A DNA stretch of 63,989 nt, the filler included, from Licmophora abbreviata (taxonomy: Eukaryota): assembly GCA_900291995.1 (NCBI GenBank). It is 9 parts of 9 records of this genome, joined end to end, with 100 filler letters (N's around TTAATTAATTAA, not from the genome) between each part and the next. Parts side by side here need not be neighbours in the genome. Positions count along the whole stretch, not along the records: positions 24,182 to 48,106 come from OLMU01004661.1; positions 48,207 to 51,426 come from OLMU01004662.1; positions 51,527 to 59,769 come from OLMU01004663.1; 6 more parts are not named here. One strand, given 5' to 3'. The position numbers and the translations under genes were made by a program. Of this stretch, positions 45,622 through 58,000 are shown one piece after another. Below the pieces are notes generated by a model. It saw nothing but the letters and a program-made list of their open reading frames with translations, did not search any database and was not told the DNA's origin. Numbering within the stretch: the stretch's first letter is position 1; each line of letters begins with the position of its first letter.

Positions 45622-47085
45622 ATGAAGCTGGGGACTATTTCTGTGGACGAGCTGTGCAATCTACATTCACGAGTCGACGATGAGAAACACACTGCGGTCG
45701 GGCTCTTCGTGATGTACGGTTCGTGGCAACGAGCGCTCAAGAATCTATCTAGAGTGCTCGCTGATGATTCCTTGGAAGAACTGATCGAACGCAGCACTGC
45801 TAGTATGTCTTCGTCGTCAGACGCTTTTGTATGCTACTCGGGAGCGGTTCAGATCGACGAGTCGGAAGAGTCGCTACAACATTGCCTCGGCGACAACGAC
45901 GTCAGCAATCAACGTGCCACATTCCCTTGCCCTCCGGAGGACCTTCCTGCCTTGCTGGTGGCTGCACAAGCTGCCGACTCTGCTCATGCCCACGTTGAGT
46001 TCGTCACAGAAATATCATCGTCAGAACTCATTCGAAAGTGTGCTCCCGAATCAACCTGGATCGACATCATTCGCAGCCATATTCAGGCAGCGGTCTTGTA
46101 CCGTGCTCGCAATACCGCCCCGCATGTCAGTGTCGTAAGGAAGAATGCCGCCGCGATTCGAATATTTGTTGCTGGGGATCGCTCTCAGGTGGGAAAGACC
46201 AGCATGTGCCTCGGACTGCTTGGAAGCCTTGTTTCCATTGGGTACGACCCTTCAACACTGGCCTACATTAAACCAGCGACGCAGAGCGAGTCTCCACAGC
46301 TAGTACAAGCATATTGTGAGAAAGTAGGCATAAGTTGTGTACCTATTGGACCAATTGTCTACTACAGAGGCTTCACGAGGGCGTTTCTCGCGGGGCAGAC
46401 TGAGACTTCTGGACAGCTACTCCAGAAGGCAGCCGACGCGGTGGACGAACTTGCCGAAGAGAAACAGGTGATAATCATTGATGGAGTTGGCTTTCCGAGC
46501 GTGGGGTCGATTTGTGGTACTGATAATGCTGCTGTTGCCAGAGCATGTGGCCATAGAAGGGAGAGTGGAGACGTCATGCCTGCTGGAGTCGTTGTCATTG
46601 GACCGCCAGGCGTCGGCGGAGCTGTCGACTCGTTCAATCTGAATGCTACCTACTTTGATTTTCACAAGGTTCCTGTACTAGGAGCCATATTCAACAAATT
46701 ATCACTGGACGGTTTCTATTCTTTGGCAAGCTGCCGAGAGCAGGTGAACTCATACTTTGCTCAGAATCCGAAGGGAGGGCGGTCCTTTGGGTTCGTTCCG
46801 CTGGCTCCACAAATCGCTAGCGAAGCTCCATTGGATCACATCGACAGCTTTATCCAGCTGTTTCGGGACCACGTGGACATCAAGGGCCTCGTTGAAGCTG
46901 CCAGTCGAGTGATGTATGCTGATGATGGTGCGAAGCGACCTGTCAGCCATGTCGACAATGACGACGACGCGCCTTTGTCAGTAAAAAAGGCGAAGCGATC
47001 CGTCCCACTACCGGTTCGCAGTGCAGTATCACGCGAAGAGATCGAGCAACGGGCTATTGCTAGTGGAGCAGCTCCATCAGCTTGA
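45622..47085 (+). CDS. P-loop protein with a BioD/Pta-N-terminal-like (AAA_26) domain and an unassigned N-terminal domain
   Basis: Motifs RIFVAGDRSQVGKTS, AYIKP, IIIDGVG..VGSICG.DNA and VLGAIFNK. First ATG is at 45622. Confidence 0.75.
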   Translation: MKLGTISVDELCNLHSRVDDEKHTAVGLFVMYGSWQRALKNLSRVLADDSLEELIERSTASMSSSSDAFVCYSGAVQIDESEESLQHCLGDNDVSNQRATFPCPPEDLPALLVAAQAADSAHAHVEFVTEISSSELIRKCAPESTWIDIIRSHIQAAVLYRARNTAPHVSVVRKNAAAIRIFVAGDRSQVGKTSMCLGLLGSLVSIGYDPSTLAYIKPATQSESPQLVQAYCEKVGISCVPIGPIVYYRGFTRAFLAGQTETSGQLLQKAADAVDELAEEKQVIIIDGVGFPSVGSICGTDNAAVARACGHRRESGDVMPAGVVVIGPPGVGGAVDSFNLNATYFDFHKVPVLGAIFNKLSLDGFYSLASCREQVNSYFAQNPKGGRSFGFVPLAPQIASEAPLDHIDSFIQLFRDHVDIKGLVEAASRVMYADDGAKRPVSHVDNDDDAPLSVKKAKRSVPLPVRSAVSREEIEQRAIASGAAPSA

Positions 47086-47726
47086 GGGTAACTTGAGGGC
47101 TTGTCGTAGAACTGCACCAAGTGGGAGAATCGAGCTATTTTCATGTGGTTGTAGCACAGACGACTTTCGATCGTTTGACGCTACGAATGACGTGCGACAC
47201 AACTATTATTCACTTTGTGGCTCACTGAATAACACCCCATGTATTGATAGGCTTTACGGTTGATTGCATCCCCAAAAATACGACGTATCGGCCTACCTTC
47301 TATTTACGATGACGCTCTCATCGTCTCTAGGTCTAGTAGAGTGCTACCTACCAACAATCAACTTAAAAAGTATGATTTTTATCTAAAGTAAATATCAAAC
47401 GCATCGAAAGGAAGGCGACTCGCCATAGCATGCCGTTGATTAAGCGTTGCTAATCATTCTTTCTGCGATGTATGCAAGCAATCTGTCGGGATTGCGCCGG
47501 TACCTGAGGTTATTGTCTATCCATCCCGCGCTCTCACAGTTACGCTGACGACAGACAGACAAAATGCATGAGAACCACACACACACGGGCGCCCTCACAC
47601 ATGCCAGAGCAAAACATTGTGGTGCTACGCTGATGCTGTTGAACATGCTGTGGATGTCCCGTCACATTGCTTGACGGCGACCTCTCATCCCTTTGGAGCT
47701 GCAGCGAAATAATAGCCGACTTGGCC

Positions 47727-48384
47727 ATGGCGGCAAGACAGGATGTACTACTGGATGCGTTACCCTATGTGGAAACAGTGCATGAAGATTATGAGGCTTA
47801 CGCGCTGACGCTCGTCGAGGAAGAAATGGCCAAGATCTCGCCACCAACTGCGCCCGAACTACCGCCGATGAAGCTGTCCAATGTTGCTCAACTTCATTAC
47901 GACCAACTTTTCAGTGGTCAAGATATCCCAAGATATCAGCCCAATAATGTATTGCCACCACCCGACGCCGATGACGCGGAAGGATGGAAGCGAAGCATTG
48001 AAGCGGCTCGAGCTGCCTACGAATCCGAGAGATTGCGCAGAATGGTACTTGACTTGGAAGCTGATCACGGAGCACAGCAGTGGAAACATTATACGTCTAG
48101 TGTCCTNNNNNNNNNNNNNNNNNNNNNNNNNNNNNNNNNNNNNNNNNNNNTTAATTAATTAANNNNNNNNNNNNNNNNNNNNNNNNNNNNNNNNNNNNNN
48201 NNNNNNCGAAGACATCAATGTACAGCGACAGCAGCAGCAACAGCAGGCAGGGCAAACGTTGCAGGCTCTAAGTAACCAGTGGCACGACCTTGTGCAGAAG
48301 AAATACGCGTTGAAGCTTGCGACACAGGAGCTTGAAGCGGAAGTGGCGAGTCTGAGACGACAGTTGCCCGCGGAGGATAGCTAA
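47727..48384 (+). CDS. BCAS2: Pre-mRNA splicing factor SPF27/BCAS2, spans the gap 48107-48206
   Basis: LDALPYV, LVEEEM and WKRSIEAARAAYE before the gap; INVQRQQQQ..GQTLQALSNQWHDLV after it, with stop at 48382-48384. Confidence 0.9.
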
Positions 48385-49030
48385 GGGATTTGTGCATCGC
48401 ATTCTGCCGCGTGCTCCTTTGCTGCAGTACATCTTCCATATGTATGATATGTTAGACGCTAAAAGGTGTGGTCATGGTCAAACAACCACATTGATTATTA
48501 GCATTACACCGGCAGCGACACGTGAGATATAGGTTGTATCGATATGGTTCCAGGTCTCACACGTCTCGATTTATGATACTATCAAAACAAAGAAGTGTAT
48601 TAAACTACTGATGGGACCTGCACATAAGTGAAAGCGCCTGTGGCGCTCTTTCCGAATTGTTTGACTGATCCTAGTCACCTTGGTCGTGCCTAGTTGTAGG
48701 TTGTCTTGTCGCGTAGCGCTGGTTTGGGTGGAGATGTTGTTGTCTCGATTGACCGCGACAATCGAATGATAGAAGTCCACATCAACAGCTCCCATGGAAT
48801 AACTCAGTCATAGCTCGCCTAAATAATGAAATGTCTATTTGGTCAGAGGGCATATATCAATATGTCCTCTTTGTGACCCAGCGAGTCATGATATTCAGTT
48901 CAGAATTATGCCCCGACGGTCTGAATCCTGCCTCACAATTTTCAAGTCGCAATAGGTGTCGACGCCGCAATCTTGATGCTGACCTCTTTCAGCCTAGTAC
49001 ACACCCCGAAGAAGTGAACAACGTAAAGAC

Positions 49031-49852
49031 ATGGAGCATTCACGCAGGTCCAACGCGCACAAGAGGATGCTTTGGGAAGCAAAGCCTGTAGCTCCAAAGC
49101 GAAAAAGCAACAGCGTGCCCGGGAGAAAGAGAGGCTGGAAGAAGCCAGAAGGAAAACCAAAACGTCCACTCTCGGCTTACAACTTGTTCTTTCAGGAGGA
49201 GAAAAAGCATGTTCAAAGAGAAGGGAAAGTCGGATTCGCTGCCCTGGCCAGAAAGATCGCAGCAAAGTGGAAGACGCTATCCACCGAGGATCGATCCCCG
49301 TACAAGGCCAAAGCCGAGGTCGAGAAGGCTCGCTACAAGAAGGAAGTTAAGGCTTGGGAAGAGCAAACAAAAACTTCCACCGAAAACGTTTCTTTCGTGG
49401 AAATGAAGTTACCTAGCATTGAGAAGTGCTTGCCGGTAGGTATATCGACTTTGGGCCCAGGACATCTAGCCTCTACCTCGGCTTACTTTGCCAAGAATAT
49501 GTCATTGCTTGGGAGCGACGGTCTTCCTACTGTGTTAGCCGCTGGGGCTTATCCACCGAGAACAAAACCATCTCCTAGCTTCATGGATGAACTCGATTCC
49601 GTCATTTCCGAAATAAGCGACGATATCGACGAAACGACCAAGTCATTTGAGCCGCTTCCATTGTTTGCCGACGACATAAAGCTTGCCCCAATCGCGCGCT
49701 CTTCAGACAAGAGCCAACTAGGTACGATGGAGGACTACTCATCTCCAGAAGAAGCTATCAGTACCGTTAGATCGTTGCACCGTCTGGCTTCTGTCATGGA
49801 TGAAGAATGCTTTGATTTGATGCGATCATTGCTGAAGCCGACGGGGTCTTAG
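49031..49852 (+). CDS. HMG-box protein
   Basis: KPKRPLSAYNLFF..FAALARKIAAKWKTL..YKAKAEVEKARYKKE. Confidence 0.92.
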   Translation: MEHSRRSNAHKRMLWEAKPVAPKRKSNSVPGRKRGWKKPEGKPKRPLSAYNLFFQEEKKHVQREGKVGFAALARKIAAKWKTLSTEDRSPYKAKAEVEKARYKKEVKAWEEQTKTSTENVSFVEMKLPSIEKCLPVGISTLGPGHLASTSAYFAKNMSLLGSDGLPTVLAAGAYPPRTKPSPSFMDELDSVISEISDDIDETTKSFEPLPLFADDIKLAPIARSSDKSQLGTMEDYSSPEEAISTVRSLHRLASVMDEECFDLMRSLLKPTGS

Positions 49853-49901
49853 AAGATAGGCTAGAACAAAACTAACAGGGGGGTACCATGTTACTTTAAT
49901 A

Positions 49902-51092
49902 TCATTCATGGGTTACATTGCTGCAATAGCGAGTGAGACCATCCAAAAGTGCTTTGATGTCAGATGGCTGGGTGTCGATGTAGGGCGAGATCCGAAAGAC
50001 ACCACAGCGTACGGCGATGTAGACACCGTCGCGCTGAAGAGATGACACGACCTCGACCATTCGATCGGGTGTCATGTTGCTCTCGACAGGCTTGATTCCA
50101 ATCAAATGCGAGCAGTGAGGCCCGGGCGAAAGAACAAAGTTATTTCCGATGGCCCAATCTATAATCGGCCTTGTCAACTCATTGAGTTCGTTCTGCACTT
50201 CGTGAAGGTCAAGCTGAACGACCGTTTCCATACTAGTTCTTAGCATGGGCAACAGAATGGCATTGGGCTTCCCACCAGAGTCAAACTTGCGCGCATCGGT
50301 GACGAATTTTTCGGGGTATCCGTTCGGACCCATTTGGTCTCTGGAAGCATCCCACGAGCTCGGATCGTCAGCTTCGGAACGCCGTGCGCGTCCGTGCTGG
50401 TCCAGCGGCTGCCACTCGTGCTGCACGTCCTGGGAAATGTACACCAAAGACATTCCCGAAGGCCCACGTAGCCACTTATGGATACTACACGCCACCATCG
50501 CTGGCTGAATCTCCTTGACGCTGAAGGGCATGATTCCAATCGACTGCGTGGCGTCGACAATCAACGTGACGCCGTGCTGTCGACACTTCTGGCCAATGAT
50601 CTGCAAGTCAAGAAGAGCACCGTCAGACCAATGGAGAGGCGGTAGACATGCTACGAGCGTGTCATCGCCAATGTGATCCAGAACGGCTTCGGTCCAGCCA
50701 GTGGTGGTCGGATATGGAACAATATCCAAATTGAAACCTGCACATCCGTGGCAAGCAGCCTGCCAGCCGTACACTGCCGAGTTCATTTGGTCTTCCAACA
50801 AAAGAATTTTCCCGCCCAATTTACGTTTCATTGCATTCTGTTGAATGTTTGTCGCCGCCACAGTGATTGCGAACGCCGTACTCGGCATGATGGCAATATC
50901 CGTGGCATCCGCGTCGATCAGCGTTGCATACAAAGACCGCACCGCCGCTTGATGTTCCCCCGTGTGAATCTGCTCCCATGGGGAACACTGTACCGCGTCT
51001 ATGCCAGATGCTTTCACTTCTGGCGTCAATGGAGCCTGTCCAGCGTTGTTCAGATAGCACACGCCCTCAAAGGAGGCGTTCTTCTCCACCAT
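49902..51092 (-). CDS. PLP-dependent class V aminotransferase (cysteine desulfurase/C-S lyase-like)
   Basis: Motifs YLNNAGQAP, IVDATQSIG, CSIHKWLRGP (PLP Lys) and RISPY. Confidence 0.88.
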   Translation of the reverse strand: MVEKNASFEGVCYLNNAGQAPLTPEVKASGIDAVQCSPWEQIHTGEHQAAVRSLYATLIDADATDIAIMPSTAFAITVAATNIQQNAMKRKLGGKILLLEDQMNSAVYGWQAACHGCAGFNLDIVPYPTTTGWTEAVLDHIGDDTLVACLPPLHWSDGALLDLQIIGQKCRQHGVTLIVDATQSIGIMPFSVKEIQPAMVACSIHKWLRGPSGMSLVYISQDVQHEWQPLDQHGRARRSEADDPSSWDASRDQMGPNGYPEKFVTDARKFDSGGKPNAILLPMLRTSMETVVQLDLHEVQNELNELTRPIIDWAIGNNFVLSPGPHCSHLIGIKPVESNMTPDRMVEVVSSLQRDGVYIAVRCGVFRISPYIDTQPSDIKALLDGLTRYCSNVTHE

Positions 51093-51407
51093 GGTCTTCG
51101 TCCGAGATCGGAGATGTGGGGTTACTTGCTGTGTGCTTGTTGCTGTGCCCGTGTTGATGTTGGCGTAGGCGAGTTCATCGATTCATTCGATTCGAATAAA
51201 TCGAACGAGCTCTGAGCTCTACTATCAATAGTATCAGTCCACGTCACACGAGACCCGGACGACGTTCCACGCGTTGAAAGTCGCGCGTGTGTCGTCGTCG
51301 TCATCAACCTGAAATCTGAAATCGCAATTTGACAATGAGATGATGTTGATCTGAGACGTGAACGGTGCTGCGCTTCAGTCTCATCAAGAGCTACAATCAA
51401 AGGAGAA

Positions 51408-54400
51408 ATGACTATCCCACGAATATNNNNNNNNNNNNNNNNNNNNNNNNNNNNNNNNNNNNNNNNNNNNTTAATTAATTAANNNNNNNNNNNNNNNNNN
51501 NNNNNNNNNNNNNNNNNNNNNNNNNNTACACGTCTTGGTTCTTACGTGGGCGTTTGTAGCAGTTTTCCCTCACAGATTCCCAGTTGGAAGCATCACCCGC
51601 CATGTTTTGTCTCCGTTGCGTCCAGGACGGCATCCGTCAGAGGCGTTTGCCCTCGCTGCGCATGAGGCTCATCGTGTGACATTAAACTTGCGTGGGGGAG
51701 AGAAACAGACTTCCAGTGATGAGGAAAGATACAGTAGACAGTTGTACACCTTGGGTGCCCGAGCACATCGACTGGTTCGCTCGTCCACTGTATATTTAGA
51801 CGGCCCCACCGAATCGGGGCTCATGTACGAGTGCGCCAAGAATCTTGCACTGTCAGGCGTGGGACGCATCGTGCTGGTGACATCTGGAAGAGAAGAATCC
51901 GATAATGAAAATCCACCCGAGTTGCTTTACTTCAACCCACACCTGGACGATCTGGGCATGGCGTACGGCCGGGCGGCACGTGCAGAACTTGATCGCGATG
52001 GCAGTAGCGAAGAAGGATCCGTTGTACTGTTGGAATTTATCAAAAGACTGAATCCGTCGGTTCAGGTGTCGAGCTTGCAAAGATCTGAGCTACAATCTGA
52101 ATCGATCGAAGGCAGGGGCATACTGGTTGCAGTGGACAGACCGCAATCAATACAGGTAGCTCTGAATGAGATGGCCCGCAATGGAGAACTCGCATTCGTC
52201 GCTGTTGAGACCGCTGGAGTGTATGGGCGCATCTTTTGTGATTTCGGCACTTCGTTCGAAGTGTTCGACGCGGATGGGGAGACACCGCTGGTTGTGCCGC
52301 TCGATCATCTTGAGAACATGGAGGCTTCCGAAGAAACTCTGGTGGTTCATGTATTGGAAGGCGAAAAGCACGATGTGTCGAAGGGCGATTTAATTCGCTT
52401 TCAACTGAGCTCAGGGGACCTATCGTCGGTGAGCTGCACGGTTCAGCATGTGGACAATCCACGTCGCTTCACTGTCAGGTGCGATTCCGTCGTGGCCAAA
52501 GACTTCGCGCAGACCATCAATGGCGAGGGTACATCCTTCAGTCGAATAAAAGTCCCTCAACGAGTCAGTTTCATGTCGATGCGAGATGCCTTAGGGGAAA
52601 TACATGACAATGAATCTTTATTCACGCCCTGTGATCTGGACAAGAGCTTCGACCCTATCCGTCGAAGCGCTCTCATGTCGGCCTTTGCGAGTATCGAATC
52701 ATTCGTTCTAGAACACTCGCGTCTGCCCGGCAAACAGGATACGAAAGCCTTTCGGAAGCTCGCTCGTTCTCGTGTTGAGAGTTCAATGGCAGACATGAAG
52801 AGCTTTAAGTCAATTGTCAGGTCAGTTTGTAAGACATGTGCGGCCAAGTTGGCTCCGATCCAAGCTATTCTTGGAGCAATCAGCTCGCAGGAGGTCCTCA
52901 AGGCAGCGAGTGGTCTGTACAACCCCATCCAGCAATTCATATTGTACGATTGCGATGAACTGTTGTCACCACGCGACAAGAGTAGTCCCGAGAGGGGTCA
53001 TGATGCTGTGAAAGTGAATAGTGGACAGAGCTATATTCTTGGCAAGAGTTTCTGCGACTCGCTGGCTGAGAAGCGATTGTTCGTTGTTGGCGCTGGGGCG
53101 ATCGGGTGCGAGCTGCTCAAGAATCTTGCGGCAATGGGAGTGGCTAGAGGGAAAGGGAGGGTCATATTGACTGATATGGATACGATCGAGCAGTCCAACC
53201 TCAGTCGACAGCTCTTGTTCCGTGATGCCGATATTGGCAAGTTTAAGAGCACTGCAGCAAAAGAAGCCGTCCTTCGTTTTGATCCCTCGATTCAAATAGA
53301 TGCTCACACTAGCAAAGTCGGAGATGGTGAGCATGGGCCGTTTCGTGGGAAATTCTGGTCGGAGAAGGTGGACACAGTTCTTAATGCTCTTGACAATATT
53401 GAAGCAAGATTGTTCATTGACGGGCAATGCGTAGCGAACCGAAAAGCCCTCGTCGACTCGGGGACGCTCGGACCGAAAGGAAATGTGCAAGTTGTCGTTC
53501 CATTTCAAAGCGAGTCTTATGGCTCGAGTGCCGATCCGCCCGATCCTGCGATTCCATTGTGTACGCTGAAAAACTTTCCGTACGCAATATCACATACGAT
53601 ACAATGGGGCCGAGACCAATTCGACGGATACTTTCAGCGACGGCCTAAACAGGCAAATGATTTCATAGTCGAGTTCTTATCCGAGGGTAGTGAATCTTTC
53701 TTTTCCAGACTTGAACAAGATCTCGGTGACGCGGAAGCTCGCAACGCGGCATCTGAACTTGTAGAGGACTGGGCTCTACAATCTTTGGCGAGGAGTGGCG
53801 CTCCTCATGAACTGCGCGAGGCCTCGTTACAGTGGGCAGTGTCGTCCGCGCGTCATTTGTTCCGAGAATCTATTCTCGATCTTCTTGATCAACATCCTAT
53901 TGACAGTCGCGACGAAGATGGTGAACTGTTTTGGTCTGGATCTCGTAGGGTTCCCACAGCCTTGGCGTTGGTGGAATCTGCCGCAAGCGATACCCAGCAG
54001 GCTACGGTTAACGAAAACCTAATCGATTTTGTTCGCACCGCAGCGCGTCTACGGATCGAAATGCATCAAGCCGCAAGTGATGTAGCCATTGACACAGGAT
54101 TCACAAAGGCCGACGCGACAGAAGCGCTTCGCGACAATTGGGAATCGATTAAGGATGAGCAGAGCTCAGAGACTGGCTGCATTTTTGACGGCTTGTCTGC
54201 GCCCAGCCTCAAGGAAGCATCAATATACCCACTTAAAACGGCCGAGTTCGAGAAAGATGAGGAAACTAATGGACATGTTGCCTTTGTGACCGCTGCGAGC
54301 AATCTCCGGGCGCTTTCCTATGGTATCGCTCCAGTCGACTCCATGGAGACCCGACGAGTAGCAGGTCGGATAGTCCCTGCGATGATTAGCACAACAGCGT

Positions 54401-55017
54401 TTGTTTCAGGACTTTCTTGCGTCGAGTTCCTCAAACTGGCGCAAAACGCGCGCCTCGCCTCCCATCGGAATGCATTCATCAACTTGGCACTCCCTTTCTT
54501 TGCATTCACCCAACCGCTTCCGGCTGAGAGGATGGAGGGGTTGAAAGGAACAACTTACACCATTTGGGACAAGATTGTATTGAAAGAGTCAAAGAGGGAT
54601 GCTTCGGAAGGTGGATTGTCTTTGTGTAAATTTCTCAGACTGGTTTTGAAGAAAGCAGATGCTGACCCAAACTCTTTTTCTGTCTCGAGCGTGTCGTACG
54701 GGCCTTACTTGATCTTTACCAATTTCCTCCATGAGGACGACGAAAGTGTTCTGCAGAAGCCTGTTGTTGAGCTAATCAAAGAAGCAATCCAACTAGGTGG
54801 CGACGACGATTTTGCCGGTAGGGATGAGAAGCTTTCAGCAACATATAATACAGCTAGAGAGGTCGAAACTGTGTTCGATGCATCTTCGGTTCAGCTCGCT
54901 GTGATTGTTGAAGACCTCGAAACAGGCGATGAGATCGAAATACCTCCTGTGATACTACAGAAAAGGCGGTCTGACATCGTCAATAGAACAGAATGTAAGC
55001 GAAATTCGCTGCAGTAG
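51408..55017 (+). CDS. UBA1: Ubiquitin-activating enzyme E1 with a signal-peptide extension (likely the periplastid SELMA sUba1). Probable ATG at 51408, before the gap.
   Basis: Motifs ERYSRQL, VGAGAIGCELLKNL, DMDTIEQSNLSRQ, catalytic PLCTLKNFP and FEKDEETNGH. Leader HVLVLTWAFVAVF followed by LNLRGG. Confidence 0.9.
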
Positions 55018-55046
55018 AGATTAAAAAGGAAAGCTGTGGATATCTA

Positions 55047-58000
55047 TTAAAAGCCCACTGGGTTGACGAGCGGGTACCTTTCGCCTGCGGGTCCACCGTA
55101 GCCGGGGTACGAAGAAGATAGCCCCCGATTATGGTCAATGTTGGCTTGTTCCTCTCGCGCCTTCTTCGCTTGCTCTCGCTCGTATCGAAGGTAACGTCCA
55201 TTGAATGTTGCAAAAAATACGGTTGCCGCTGCGTGTATGACTATCAGCAGGTAAAATGAGAAAGTGTACTCGGGTTTTTCGTACATTTCTACATCCTCTG
55301 CCGCTTCCGTCCCGATGTCCTTCAACGCCTTGAAAAAAGGAATAAACAGGGCACTCAAAAGATTCGAGAACAGTTGCTGAATAACCAACACAGTGTTTTC
55401 GCTGAGCGGGTAAGCAACTTCGACGCCAAGCTCAGTAGAAACGGGCTGCAATGGCCCGACCAAAAGAGCCACCACAATGAGCGACCATCGTAGGTCAACC
55501 CCGCGATCGGCGTCAAGGTCAACGCCACATTCTGCGAGCGCGAACGCACCAAGCACCAACATTCCTATTGCCACCGAGTAGTACGCTCGGGTGCGGTCAG
55601 TTAGCTTACCAATGATCAAGCTCGATATCATGATGATAAATTGAAAGGAGCCCCCAACGATACCAACATACTGTCGACCAGCACCGTTCAGACGAACGAG
55701 GTAGTCCATGAATGTCGATAACGTATTAATCACGATACCACTGACGGTGAAGGAGGTCAAGGCATGCACAAACCCAGGACGGGAGAGGCACGCTCTTGTT
55801 GACAGGATGATCTGGTCGTCGCGAATATGGATGTCGAGATGATGAGGCGTGATGGTGACAACTGGTTCTACTCCATCATCAAAGGAGCCCCCATTCGATC
55901 CATCGTAGTGGTACGGATAATACGCAGGGTTTGCCTGGGGCGGATAGTAAGGCACGTGAGGTCCTGGAGGGTAGTAATAGTAGCCTTGACTAGGGTACCC
56001 TGGGGGTTGGTATACCATTGAAGGAGGTTGCTCATATCCCTGAGAAGCGCCATAACCAGGATACTGAAAGTTGGGATTGACGTACCCAGGAGGCCATGAC
56101 GGGTACGGCATCGGAGAGTGCTGGTACGCCATAGGCGGGTGAGGTTCAGAGTATGCAGCGCCGTGGGGAAAATTAGGATAGTCACTATCGGGAGACTCTC
56201 CCCCGTCCGGAAAGTCGTCGTAGAACAGAGATTGGTTTTGATCCCGGGAGTTCGCTGAATCAGCGGTCTCTACAGGGCCTGGCATCATTGGAGACGGAGG
56301 AATAGCCCGAGCCATGGACGTTTCCCAGTCTGTCTGGGCTCTTACTATAGCAACTCGAGTCGGTTCCTCCGTCGGTGCCGGGGCTGGTGCCGTCGCCAGG
56401 ACAGGCTGACCGGCCCGTCGTCCACTATCCGTGGAAGCGGCCTTTTTCTTGGAGGAGGTACTGGATCTTCGCCGAGTCCCAGCACCAGTAGGGTCTCCCC
56501 CGATAGATTGTCGAATATGTCGTTCTTGGTTAGTCGAAGAAAAGCGTGGACTTCTACTTCTCCGCGAGGAACGTCGATTCCGTCGAGATGCGCGTGCTCC
56601 GTCTTGATTGGATCGGCGCCTCTGAATGTCTCCCTGCCGGGACGATGAAGTTCGTGTATCGTCTTCGCCGGTGGACGCATTGCCAACCGCATCCTTAACG
56701 TCGCGTCCTGAGCCTAACGAACGGACTGATCGCCAAATTGTATCGACAGCGTCCGGAAAATTGAGCTTGAGATCGCCCCGCATCGCACGTGCTGTGTCCG
56801 ACGGAGGAGTGGGCGGTGCGTCGTCGAACTGTATGAGACAGCCGATGAACGTGAGGGTCGAGATGATGCTAAGAACACCGAAGTAGCCCACAATGTCATC
56901 GCTCGTTGCAACGAGTAGGGTTCCAAAGATGAAGGCGAATCCAATGCCAAGCTGATTGGCGTTCAAAGCAACACCGGTCGCTAATGTTCGTTCTTGTTCC
57001 GGAAACCATGACGCGGAAAGCAGAGCAGGCGTACACTGGTATAGAGGCTGCGAAAGTCCTACGAGAAAGAATCCAAGGTACACTCTCCACTCTCCTTGAC
57101 CTTTTTCCAAGTTCGACTCAATAAGCGGTGGTAGGCCTCCACTCTTTACCATGCTTCCAACCATGAGCAGAAGAGCGCCAAGAATCACGGTACGCCGAAG
57201 CCCCAGTCGAGACAGTACGATAGGTTCGCAGGCTGTTGCGATCGCATTTGCACCAAGGAAGACAACCACGAGCTGTTCGGGGTCGATTTGCCCAAACGCT
57301 TCCATAGTCAAAACAGCAATCGGTGCCACTGAGTAACATGTCCAGTCCGAAAGTAAGTTGAGAATCGACATGTACATGAGCATCAGCCATCGCTGCCAGT
57401 AGACTGTGAACTCTTTTCCGGAAGATGAGTCTGATCGAAGCTCCGAGTCTCCCCGTTCAAGGCTCGATGAAACGGGGACCGAGCCGGCAACTTGTCTCCC
57501 CTGATCTATGACCGATGCGCCATCTACCCGGCGGTATCCCCCTCGATCCGACAACGATTCTTGGCGTGTACTGTGAGCAAATTGCATCTTTTCCGAAGAA
57601 CCAGCCATGTCGATTCCCTTAGCCAGCCGCTGACCAAAAGAATGAGTTGCATCAATGTCCTCGTCTTCACTGTAGACAAGAGGCAATGTGCCGTGACTTA
57701 CGTCCCCCACTGATCTGCTATGTTCACCACCCGAGGTACTCCTCTCCACTTCGCTAGATGAAATCATCTGCGTAGTTGTCATACTCTGGTCAGTGCCCAT
57801 CGCCATTGGTGCATATCTAGCTGGGTTCGGGTTGAAGAACGGTGGTGGAGGCGGGGGGATCGGTCGAGGTTGAAAGGACTCGTATGTCATCCAAGCGGCC
57901 ATCTGCTCATGCGTCATCGGAGGGCCCAGCATTTCCGCAGAGACATCGTCCACCTTTTGATGAGACAGGGGGCCCATATAATGACTGACTTGCGGATCTC

